Numbered from the stretch's first letter, positions 38,781 through 49,245 are shown. The stretch: 64,000 nt of DNA from Azolla caroliniana (GCA_043228905.1 JBHGNT010000001.1:29326001-29390000); one strand, 5' to 3'. The notes: a model not told the origin generated them from the sequence alone. Numbers and translations: made by a program.

Positions 38781-40388
38781 ACGTAACGAAATCGAGGTCA
38801 TCAACGGGGTTGTCAACAATAAAAAATTGTTGAAAAAGGGATGGTGACAAAGCCATTCTCACAAAAATGTGAGGACGTCCACCAACATCCTTTTCCCGAC
38901 AAGGACAACTTTCGATATAATCACGTAATAACGAATATACACATATGTTTACTTATCACATATATACGATCAAATACGTATATATGTGACCACATATGCC
39001 TATATTAAACATATCGTTATATTAAATAGCCACAAATGATGTGATCGAGATACGTAATCGAGGTATATACCTCTACGCACATGAAACATCCACAAATAAG
39101 AGATCATCGTAAAACGCAATTGAAGTATTGACCTCTTACGCATACGAGACCAACCGCAAATCGTTTACAACAAATCAAGGTATTAAACTCATACGCAAAC
39201 GTAACATATGTTCGTGAACGTAATACGTATTTGAGGTATTAACCTCGTACGCATACGACACTCATCACATATTATTAATATGTCAAACGAGGTATTGACC
39301 TCGTGCACATATGTAAACGTTTTAGATAATCAATTAAAGACCACTACAACATCATTGACTTAATGAAAAAAAATGACATATAAACTAAACACATGATTAG
39401 ATGGGAGAAGAGAGAATAGAAAGAAAAATTATGGAAAGAGTTACCGAAGTTCTTTGTTGATCGTTGTCTGGATCAAGGCCGACCGCACATCGATCGATTA
39501 GCATCAATCAAAACACAAATGAAAAACAAAGAAACATTAGTACATAAATCTGATACCAAATATTAGAGATCCAAGTACTAAAGTAAGCTTAAGATAAGGA
39601 TAAACAAATGATAGGTAGAAAGGAGAAAGAGAAAGAAGGGTGTCGATCCACCCGACCACCCCCGAGCGAAGGGATCGAGACGGACTCGAGCCTCGATCGG
39701 CGTCCCATACCACCGCCGTGGCGTCGAGTCGTACATGGTGCTGGCGCGCTCGCTACAAGAGTTGACTCACCACAAGAGCAGAGTCTCGATGTAGTCAAAA
39801 GATGATCAAATGAGGGTAGTTATGCCTCTTATTTATAGCGATACCCAAGGCCCCCAGGCAAGTTCACACTTGACCTAATGGGTTGTCTCAATCCCGAGGA
39901 TTAAAAGTAATCCTCCCCTTCTTTACACTCTCGTTTAACCCTCACACTTATCCACGTGTATAGAATACTACGGTAAATTCTCACCACGGGATATTAAATG
40001 GTCATGCTCGTAACAGGGGGGGGAGGGGGGGGTTCACTCCTCGAACAGTGTATTGGGGGGGAACACCGGGTCATTTGAAACAGGTAATATGCCGCATTAT
40101 GAGAACACTACGTCGAAAAAGGGGACAAAAGCACGCAGTTTTCAAAAAGACACGACGCATGCGTAAAGCTTTTCAGAAAAGGTAGCAAAATATATTGAAT
40201 TTCAACATGACTACCACTTTGAGGCATAAGTAAAATACCTCCAAAAATACATCACCAAAATTACAAAATAATGTACAACATGTCTACCAGTTACAATTAT
40301 ACATATTCGTGAGTTTACATCCAAAACAAATTTACAAAGTTTCCGATCATGTAGTAAAACAATCCCCAGCTTGAACCAAACCAATATA

Positions 40389-43061
40389 TTAAGACATGTC
40401 TGATGGACTAGAAGAGCATTCTGACGTCTCATCCTCATCATCAGTGGCAATCAAAGCATTATCCTCATCCAATTCCAACCCAACATCTTTGTGGTTATGA
40501 GAATTGCTTCTGGTTATTCTCTGTATTTCGTTTGACACCATGTTTGGGATTTTCTCCTTTATTATCTTGATAGTTGCTTGTCTTAGATGACCTGATTTTG
40601 TCAATGAGAAGTCATATACTAGTATGTCAACACAGTCTAGTGCGAGAGTAGCCGTGCTCGGTATATTCTTTCTTCTTCTCTTTCTGCTTGAACATCCGAC
40701 ATCCTTAACCATCTCTAAAGAATACTTTCCTGTAAATGCATTAGGTGAATTTGTCTTATACCAATGGACTACTATTGACTTTGTCTGACTACTTTCTTCA
40801 TCCCTTACTAATTCAATAATTTTTGCAATCCAAAATGGATGGCCCAAGGTATCATCCCCTGCTAATGTTGCAACCAACATTCCCACTTGTAGTTCTTGCA
40901 AATTACCTTGCCATCTTGCCTCAACAGTACGTGACTTTCTTGGTCCCACATAAATATCTCTTTGCAGTGGCCGAACTAAATCATGAAGCTCCATATTATT
41001 CGATTGTTGGTGATGAGTCTGCGATATCGTTGATGTCATCCCAATGTTCCATGTGAATGGGATACGGATTGGCCATAAACCGGCGATGTAATTATCTAAA
41101 ATGGTGCATTGATGGGTGAAGAAAATCTCCCACCATTCAACATCCTCATCACCGGCATACTTCTTAGTCCGATCAATATTATTTTGTTTCTCTGCTAGAC
41201 ATCTCAACCAATATGCCCTTTGTTCATCAATAGTACTATTTGGTGCTACATTTTTACGATCATCATATGGCATTTGTTGTGCACCATGTAGAGGTTCATC
41301 TGGGATATGAAGAAGGAGCCTACAACCTTCTTGGGGCTCCCATTCTGCACTAGATGAGTATTGTTTCGCAAACAACACCGTCATCTTCAAGTGGGCCGAT
41401 CTTTGTTTTATGAGGAAGACATGGTTGAAACTTATATTATTAAGAGGTGCAAGCACCCTACCTTTAGTCCCGTCACTATCCATGCAGAAACGTTTAAAGT
41501 CGTATACTTCTTCCGAGTGTTGTACTTCAGGCTTTGGTGTATATGCTTCACTAATAAATTTGGATAGCGTGGGAAGTGTGAAAGCATTACAGCGAGCAAG
41601 TTTCTTTGAGAACCTACTGAACATTTGATCTATGTGATCATGGGTATGACCAACCAACAAGAAGTTAACCTTGATCTTTTTAAATATGCCCCTCTCTACT
41701 AGTATGCTTAGATAGCCGAAGACAGTTGAGTTCTTATTCTCTCTTGCTATGTTGTCTAGTTGCACATATAGAATTGGCGGGAGTATACCTGACCATGATT
41801 GCAATACCCTGTGCATGACAGTGACAGTAAGATTAGGGTCGTTGTGGATATTGGGATAAGTTAAGAACACTTGCGGTCTTATAGTTTGACAATATGTCAA
41901 ACAACCCACTAGATGCATTTGCACGAGACACTCATCTCCAATATCCTTGGGGAGTCTTTGAAAATGCGGCAAACAAGTTTTCTTTTGATCCATGCCGTCA
42001 ATAATCATGCACATATACTTTTCGGGAGATTGAAACGCTTTTTGTCGGTGATGCATAGCCTTAGTACGTTCCAATGCCTGACTTTCACGATGTTCTTTTA
42101 ACAGGTTCTTGTAATTCTTGATCTCTACATCTGATTTTCCACCCTTGGCCATACTTTTTAAACTCGCACATATTGAGCAGACTCCCATTCGCACCTTTCG
42201 TGGGATAACCACGTTATTAAATTGTAACCTCCATAGTCGATTAAAATGCCTGTACTGTATGTAAGGCTCAACATCGGAAGACATGTCGTCCTTGTACGAT
42301 TGGTAAACTTCCCTTCGAGTAAAGTTATCTGACAAATGAAGTCTTCCTGTCGTTGGCATAACTTCGCATTGTTTTGAAAAATATACCTCCATCCACCTAA
42401 TTGCCTGTTGCCCAATTTGAACCTTACATCCAGAACCATTTTGATCCAACTGTACCCAGGAGCCCTTTAGAAGTCGCTCTTGAACTCGTTGCAGCCACAT
42501 ATTTCCAATGCTATGAGTGATTTTAAAAGCTGCTCGACAACACTTGGTATTTAGTCCAAGGAAATATTCAACTTGCGTTGAATTAGGCCCTGCTTTGTGA
42601 TCCAATTTAAGTTGCATATGTGCAAGAAGAAATGTATCTTGCTCTTCCCCATTAAGCGACAAGTATTTTTGTCGTGTTTCACGTAACCTTGACTTTCCAT
42701 AAGTTGATAGACAGAGATTCGCACAACACGATTTGTTCAAGTTGCATAGAAGTTGACGATCAGAACATAAGAAATTAAATCTCTTTTCACTAACTTGTCG
42801 AGGAACTCTTTTAAATGCTAGAGGTTTAGTAATGCTATTGTTATCTATCGATGAAGAATCGTCCGCTTGTAAGCTTGCATGAAGAGAGCCATCAACAGGA
42901 TCAATTGAAAACAGAGAATTCGAAGTACTAGGTGCCACACTTTTCTGTTTAAGCCGCGAATGTTTTTTGTGGTCGTACTCTTCTATTGAGAAATACGAGT
43001 TGTCTGACAATGAAAAGGGGGCAATAGAAAAAAGAGATGTTCTACTTGTAGAAGAAGACAT
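40389..43061 (-). CDS. Intact DDD/E transposase, Sola1-like, 890 aa, with N-terminal Cys clusters and a C-terminal BAH/SH3-like domain
   Basis: Motifs FNNVVIPRK..VCSIC, IIDGMDQKK, QLDNIARENKN, FLLVGHTHDHIDQMFS; uninterrupted ORF between the TIRs. Superfamily assigned from motif recall only. Confidence 0.82.
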   Translation of the reverse strand: MSSSTSRTSLFSIAPFSLSDNSYFSIEEYDHKKHSRLKQKSVAPSTSNSLFSIDPVDGSLHASLQADDSSSIDNNSITKPLAFKRVPRQVSEKRFNFLCSDRQLLCNLNKSCCANLCLSTYGKSRLRETRQKYLSLNGEEQDTFLLAHMQLKLDHKAGPNSTQVEYFLGLNTKCCRAAFKITHSIGNMWLQRVQERLLKGSWVQLDQNGSGCKVQIGQQAIRWMEVYFSKQCEVMPTTGRLHLSDNFTRREVYQSYKDDMSSDVEPYIQYRHFNRLWRLQFNNVVIPRKVRMGVCSICASLKSMAKGGKSDVEIKNYKNLLKEHRESQALERTKAMHHRQKAFQSPEKYMCMIIDGMDQKKTCLPHFQRLPKDIGDECLVQMHLVGCLTYCQTIRPQVFLTYPNIHNDPNLTVTVMHRVLQSWSGILPPILYVQLDNIARENKNSTVFGYLSILVERGIFKKIKVNFLLVGHTHDHIDQMFSRFSKKLARCNAFTLPTLSKFISEAYTPKPEVQHSEEVYDFKRFCMDSDGTKGRVLAPLNNISFNHVFLIKQRSAHLKMTVLFAKQYSSSAEWEPQEGCRLLLHIPDEPLHGAQQMPYDDRKNVAPNSTIDEQRAYWLRCLAEKQNNIDRTKKYAGDEDVEWWEIFFTHQCTILDNYIAGLWPIRIPFTWNIGMTSTISQTHHQQSNNMELHDLVRPLQRDIYVGPRKSRTVEARWQGNLQELQVGMLVATLAGDDTLGHPFWIAKIIELVRDEESSQTKSIVVHWYKTNSPNAFTGKYSLEMVKDVGCSSRKRRRKNIPSTATLALDCVDILVYDFSLTKSGHLRQATIKIIKEKIPNMVSNEIQRITRSNSHNHKDVGLELDEDNALIATDDEDETSECSSSPSDMS

Positions 43062-43358
43062 TTGAGGGAGTCTAACTGTATTCTAAAACCTTCTTTTGAG
43101 AAAATTAAGGAATGCTAAAGCCTAACTATATAACTACCCGAACACTTAGATTAACTATATTATTTTCCGAAATTTTCCTAAAAAACAAATAATTAAAACT
43201 TATTTTTTATTTTAAAAGGAATGCTAAAGTCTTCTATATAAGGAGGTTAGAAATTTCATTTTCATTGTCACGTGAAAGAATCCATCGAGCTCAGAGCACA
43301 AGCCAATTTTCGAGCACTCAGAAGCACATCGTCGACAGCACTACCTCCAGCACGAACC

Positions 43359-46300
43359 ATGAACAAGGGAAAGAAAATCCTCAGGTTAGTAATATTCTTT
43401 ACATTTTTTAAGATTCCTAAAGATTCCTTAAAGATTCCTTTCCTCAACACATAGATATTTTATTTTATTTTATACAACAAACTTGGAAAGCAATTTTGAA
43501 AGGCAGGACCTTCAACCAAAATCTGATGCACTGCATCGGATTTTGGTTGAAGGTCCTGCCTTTCAACGCAAATCCGATGCAGTGCATCGGATTTTGGTTG
43601 AAGGTCCCGCCTTTCAACCGAAATCCGATGCACTGCATCGGATTTTGGTTCATCGGATTTGCGTGCTCGGATTTTGGTTGAAGGTCCTGCCTTTCAACGC
43701 AAATCCGATGCACTGCATCGGATTTTGGTTGAAAACAATGTTGTTTTTACGATAAAAAACTATCGCATGGGACCATAAAATTGACGTAATTTAAATGATA
43801 ATTTGCGTGATTTAGATAAAATTGTACGTTGTTTCTATGTTTTCACCAACGTTTTTAATTTCAGTGAACCCAGACAAAAAGTTCCTTCATTTAGATTGAA
43901 GATTCGATCTCCGACAAAACGAGAATTTGGCTCCTTCATCAAGGACACGAGTAAAAAGATTTTATTTGACTCAACGGGGGAAGGAGGATCCAAGTCATCT
44001 GTGGCTACTACCAAAATCAACAAAGGTAGTACGCAAGAGGAGAAAACGGTTGAGGTGAAATATAAGGATTACCCCGAACTTGAATGGTGTCTCTCTTATG
44101 TCGAGGAGGATGGGGTGTTGTTATTGATAACGGCAAAATCGGACGAGGAAGGGAAACTTCAGCTTGGAAAAACATTTAATTACGGGCATGTAACCAAGCT
44201 AGAGTACGAAGACATTGATTCTACATGTATTTTAATCGACGTCTCGAGCTCAGTTGGCAACAGGCGATTGCGACTTGATGAGGGAAACCTAGTACCCGAA
44301 TCTTGCAATCCCAAGGCTTTGCGTAAAGACCTGCTGCAAACGAAAAATAACTTGTTGGTAGCTCTTCGGTCGTACGTGACAGGAGAGATGATGACCGGTG
44401 AAGCAGAAACTCCACCGAAAAAGTCTAGGAAGACAAATCATGTTCAAAAGAAATATACTAAACGACCACGACCCGACGAAGAAGAAGAAGAAATATTAGA
44501 GTTCGTGGAAGAAGAAGACGACCAACAAGTCGACGTCGTGGCTCCAGGCGGACAACTATCTTCTGGTGTCCTGACGTCAGAACAAAATAAAATAAGAGAA
44601 AATATTGTGAAGACTAAACTTGTGCGCAGGGGCCAACTATTTCATTTGCCCATTACTTCTATCCAAAGGCCCCCCATTGACCCCGTGACTGGAAGATGTC
44701 CCTTGGAAATTAGGGAGCCGCACTCCGTCCATGTGCAAAACCTGAAAAGCAAAATGAAAATCAATCCTCACGCTACTGTGGTGCCATTTTTGGTAATGGT
44801 TGATCAAGAACAATGCCCAACAATAGCAGATTTCAAGTATAGCTCTGTAGACGATTACACATACTATGTAATCGGAGGATCACATTCGGCCGAAGCTCGA
44901 CGACAGCTTGTCAAAGAATATCCTCTCGCGCCATTCTTCAAGTACGCCGAATGTAAGGTATATGCAGGACTAACTCACGAGGAGGTGAAGCTGCTCGCAT
45001 GGGACCATAACAATGACAACGATTATAGGCAAAAGATGTCATGTATAGAGAGGATAAGATTTTTTCATCATGAATACCTGGATGCCTTGAATCGTTTTGG
45101 TCCAAGATTGTGGCCTTGATTGCGACGTCGGTGTTTATTGGAAGTAGGGATTGCAGTGGATGAGAGTACCAAATCCGAAGGTCTCCGAAAATATGATTCT
45201 TGGTTTCAACTAGCTTTTCGGACCGGAGAGGTGTGGGATCTCCAAGACAAAATATTCTCTATGTGGGAGCGGAAAGAAGTCAAGGGGCAAAGATCAAAAA
45301 AGGGAAGAATTGATCCACAAGTTGAGATGAAATCAAAGACCAAGGTTAAAAGCGACTTGGTAATCGAGGAGTTAGCAGAGGACATGAAACTTTTACCTTG
45401 GAGATCATTACAAGGTATCAAAGATGATAGATTGTTAATATCCGTGCTATCTCGAGTGGTCGCCAAGGAATTTAGTTTGGACAAGATGGTAACAGACTTG
45501 CAAAAGTAAGTGTTTATAGTATACCTTTTCATGAAAGTCTTCAATTATTTTGAATATCTTATTTCTAATTTCATATTGATTGTGCAGTCACAAGGTATAC
45601 ATGAAGATTCAGGAGTTGATGATGCAAAAACTGAGTTTACCGACATGGGAAGAAGTTGAACAAGCCTGCCCGATAACTTCTTCCTACAAGGCATTGGAGG
45701 AATATTTTATTGTATTTAGAGAATGGGTATGTGTCTTTTGAATGTTGATATGTTAGAAACTAATGTTCCCTGCTAACAACAATGACACTTGCAGAAACCA
45801 TCAAAATCGAAAAAGAACAACGACAATAATGACGGTATTCCAGCGGCCTTCATCACGCACTTAGAACGTGCGAAATATGAGAAGAGAATGACCAAAGGGA
45901 AGGAAATGGAACTGCCCGAGGATTCGGAGACTGTAAAGAGTTTTTTGCATAGGTCTGATCCTTTGAAACAACTTCATTATAGTGTTTTCAATCGCGAAGT
46001 ATCCCAGATGCTCGAACTGTTACCGAGAAGGCACTACACTTTGCTGATAGCTGACATACCATATGGTTTCCGTATTGCGGGATCAACATATGATGATGTG
46101 CCTTTCAAGTACCCTCAGATCGAGAAAATGGTAAAGGATTTCGCAGAACTGACATTGGCCCCCTTGTGGAGGATAGTCATATTTCATAGCATGGGGCAAT
46201 CACTGTCAGTCACAACAGCTTTGAAGTCCCGTTGTCATGCCACTGAACACATGCATTGGTGCGTTATAGTTCGCTTTTACTCATTACAGTACTTCTTATT

Positions 46301-46805
46301 ATATGTACACATTTACACCTCTAATACTTGATTTTCTTTCTCTATAGGATCAAAACAAATATTACACGTAGCCCTGGCGATCGAATGGTTAGTGCGGTCG
46401 AACATTTTTGTGTGGACTACTATGATTCAATTACAAAGAAGAAGGCTAGAGCACATGTCAATGAGCGTAACGTGGTTAACTACATCATGTGCCCAGCTGT
46501 AACCAAAAAATTAAGACATGTGTCAGGGGATAAAAGTATGGTGAACCCTTATAAAAAACCACTCTCCAGATCAGGATCAAGAAGTCGGAGCAAAACACAT
46601 CAACGAGACAGAGATGTTCCAGATGACTTCACGAGAACCAATGGAACCAATTCATGAAGAAGCAGGGGAGCTGGTGGACCTGGAAGATGTAGCACAGTTT
46701 GACCATACATCAGATTCGGGAGAGCTTGGAGATGACACGAATGAAAACAGTCTAGAACAATCAGCGCCAGAGGAGCCTGCTCTGCCTGATTTGCTTATAG
46801 ATTGA
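43359..46805 (+). pseudogene. Five-exon transposon cargo gene: ParB/Srx-like domain fused to a beta-class N4C/N6A DNA methyltransferase; nonsense codon and apparent loss of the SAM-binding motif
   Basis: Exons 43359-43384, 43865-45505, 45588-45726, 45795-46258, 46348-46805; all four GT-AG introns preserve the frame. ParB-like PFLVMVD...YYVIGGSHSAEARRQL...CKVY.GLTHEE..LLAWDHN. MTase LLIADIPYG, HWIKTN (formed by splicing), VEHFCV, NPYKKPL. In-frame TGA at 45117-45119; frame break at about 46563. Confidence 0.75.
43496..43733. repeat. Palindrome array in intron 1 of the cargo gene
   Basis: Four AATC(C/T)GATGCA-(C/G)-TGCATCGGATT palindromes centred at 43531, 43582, 43633 and 43713; the first extends to a 71-bp hairpin (43496-43566, one mismatch). 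Confidence 0.9.
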
Positions 46806-48993
46806 TGTAGATGGCGTAATGTAAAAATTGAGGATTTTGAGGCATAATGTTCACCATCACTTCATATTATATTTGTATATGAGAACATCTGTAATTGTTT
46901 ATCGTTTAATTAAATTCACCTGTTCATAATTTCCCTTTTTAATCATTATTGGAACCGTAGTTTGTATTTACATATAATTGGTCACCATGCTCTTCTTCAG
47001 TTTGAGATATTAACATGATATCGTAATTTCTCATTTCCGTTAGCATGACTGTATATGAAAAGGCGAATGTTTTTGATAATAAGAGGTTTTTAGTTACCTA
47101 CGGTTCAAGTCTACTGGTTCCACATAGTATAAATGAATGTCGTACGTAATTGTTACTCTTACCAATTACATTGTCATGAACTATATGACATTATACAATG
47201 AAACTATCGATATACCCGTCCAACAAGTGGGGTACTACTTTATTCCTAAACCCAAAACCACATATTTATAATTACGGTTTATGTAGTTTTACTCTACAAT
47301 TTGAATATGGATACCAATTTTAGAACTTTATATTGAACCAAGTCTTCAATTGTGCTCCATGATATGCAAATTGACACGAATGTGGACACATATACAATTT
47401 AGTAATTGCTAGGTTTTTTTTGTTCTATATTTAACCATCAAGTCGCAAAAGGGGTACGCATGCATCGTATATTTTCAATATCAGGCTAAAATAGGGTACT
47501 TTTCTACATCTGGCCAACTATGCCAAAAGAGAATACGACATATTACCTGTTTCAAATGACCCGGTGTTGGGGGGTTCACTCCTCAAAACCTGCTCCTCCT
47601 CGAACAGTGGGGGAGGTGTGAGAGGAAACCCTAAATGATGGCCTCCTCACGAAACTGATGAGGGCGATGCAGCAGTAGCGGGGAGGAGAGGCGTTTGCTC
47701 CTGCTCCTGCTCTGGTTCTGTTTCCGTTGTCTAATGGTGCGATTCAACCCTCCTGCACCGCTGCTCCAATCCGAGTTTCGTTCGAATGGAGTTTGTGATT
47801 CTTTTGTGTCACAAAGAGGTGTATCTCGGCTACTGCTCCGGCTCTGGCTCCTGCTCCTGCTCCGCTGCCTACCGGCGCGAGGCCACCCTCCTGCGCCGCT
47901 GCTCTGCTATGCCGGGTAGGTCTCCTGGTGAGACGCCCACACCGCAGACCTCCGCCAGGGGTTGGCGCGCCGCTCTGCTGCACCCGCTTTGCTGCACCCA
48001 CGGATCCCACTTTGTTTTGTTATGTTACAATATATTATATTGATATTTCATAAACTATGATATATTTAGTATGTTGGATTGAGTAGACATATTTCTCTAC
48101 AATGTGTTGATTCAATACTCCTTTACCCCTTCATTGACAAATCATCTTTAGACGTCAAATATGACTGATGAGACAAAAAATATAACATTTCCACACAATA
48201 CTTGTGAAGGACAGTAATAAATTCTTGATATTCTAGAACTTTACTAATGAATTTCATTAGTAGCAAATTCTTGTTTAGAGTGCAAGGATTGGGTTTGGTG
48301 CAATATAACGTGTGAAGCATGAGCCTCCATATTTTCACAATGTCATGACACATAGGATTGCAAAAAGGTCTCATGCACAGAAGATGCAATTGATGTACCA
48401 TGAAGCAAGTGTGTTACAACCTATCTTCCAAACCATTTTTTCCATAACTTGCATCTAACTAAAGCACAACTTTCTGCTTTTATATGACATTTGGATTAGT
48501 TTGCTTGCTTTTCATACGATTTTAGGAAGTCAATGTGAGGGACTTTCTGAACCTTAAGAATGTATTCAACAACCTTTTTCATGGCCTCATCTCATTGGGA
48601 AGGATTACATCTAAAAAAGTAGGAGAGTGTATGACATTTGTTTCTCGACTTTGTTAGGCTTTGTTTAAGAAAATGCTTTTGGATATTTTCAAACGCTTTC
48701 CAAGTGGACTTATAAGTGATGCTACCTCCCTATACTTCCACCCCATAGAGAACCATTGGTGTCATTGATGTGTCAAAAACGTATTTCCTTGAGGGCCTCA
48801 AGGGCAAGCTATTTAAGGCTTTCCACAATTTCAAGGGCGTAATATTTACAATGTAATATTTCAATTTTGACATATTAGCATATTTGCATTCCTTTTTTCG
48901 GTACACCATCTCCCGAGAAAGTCTCATTCATATTTGAATTGCAATTGTTATGAGGACGACTTGTCCGGCCCCAGGTTTCACAAGTGTTCGCGG

Positions 48994-49245
48994 CATAGTA
49001 TGAACTATGTGTACTATTTGCGAATGTTTCAATCATTCGATTGTGGTAAACACAGTCCGAAGTATGGTAAATACCATAGTTTTCTATTCATTATTTATTA
49101 TAAGGTAATGTTTTTTCTAAGGTAAGAAAGTTAAAGGTAAAAAGTGTAAAAAAAAACACAAGAATGTTGTGATAGCATATGCATTCGCTCTCATTCGTAT
49201 GAAAAAGAATGTTGGCCAATCCATTCTAGGATATTACGTACTATG
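48994..49245. mobile_element. CATAGTA MITE (paralog of 6441-6681)
   Basis: Same termini and flanks as the 6441 copy. Confidence 0.7.

Larger units (their letters stand above)
34605..40015 (-). mobile_element. Non-autonomous chromoviral Ty3/Gypsy LTR element (gag plus chromodomain remnant, pol deleted)
   Basis: 455-bp LTRs at 34605-35059 and 39561-40015; PBS TGGTATCAGA (tRNA-iMet) at 39549-39558; PPT AAAGAGGGGGAGTA at about 35060-35073; flanks GGAGG/GGGGG; KWMDKSIKDATWERE..FP chromodomain tail at about 35090-35172. Confidence 0.88.
40062..47568. mobile_element. Two-gene TIR DNA transposon, Sola1-like, 7.5 kb
   Basis: Perfect 30-bp TIRs AACACCGGGTCATTTGAAACAGGTAATATG (40062-40091, reverse complement at 47539-47568), extending imperfectly inward; inserted in a G-run, so TSD length is unresolved. 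Confidence 0.92.
27671..48021 (-). mobile_element. Full-length decayed L1-clade LINE containing nested insertions
   Basis: 14-bp TSD ATGTTACAATATAT at 27657-27670 and 48022-48035; empty site in the paralog at about 4885; (AT)n 3' tail; ORF1 and ORF2 remnants on the minus strand. Confidence 0.9.

Noticed and set aside
43496-43733. CRISPR-like array (palindromic repeats with regular spacing)
   Set aside because: The intervening sequences are themselves repeated rather than unique spacers, there are no cas genes, and the context is a eukaryotic intron.
43803-46805. Five separate small genes as listed in the ORF track
   Set aside because: They join into one gene through frame-preserving GT-AG introns; several track starts are non-ATG codons inside introns.
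40062-47568. Bacterial or phage contamination explaining the ParB-MTase
   Set aside because: The gene has spliceosomal introns, lies within TIRs beside a eukaryotic-type transposase and is nested in a plant LINE with continuous flanks.
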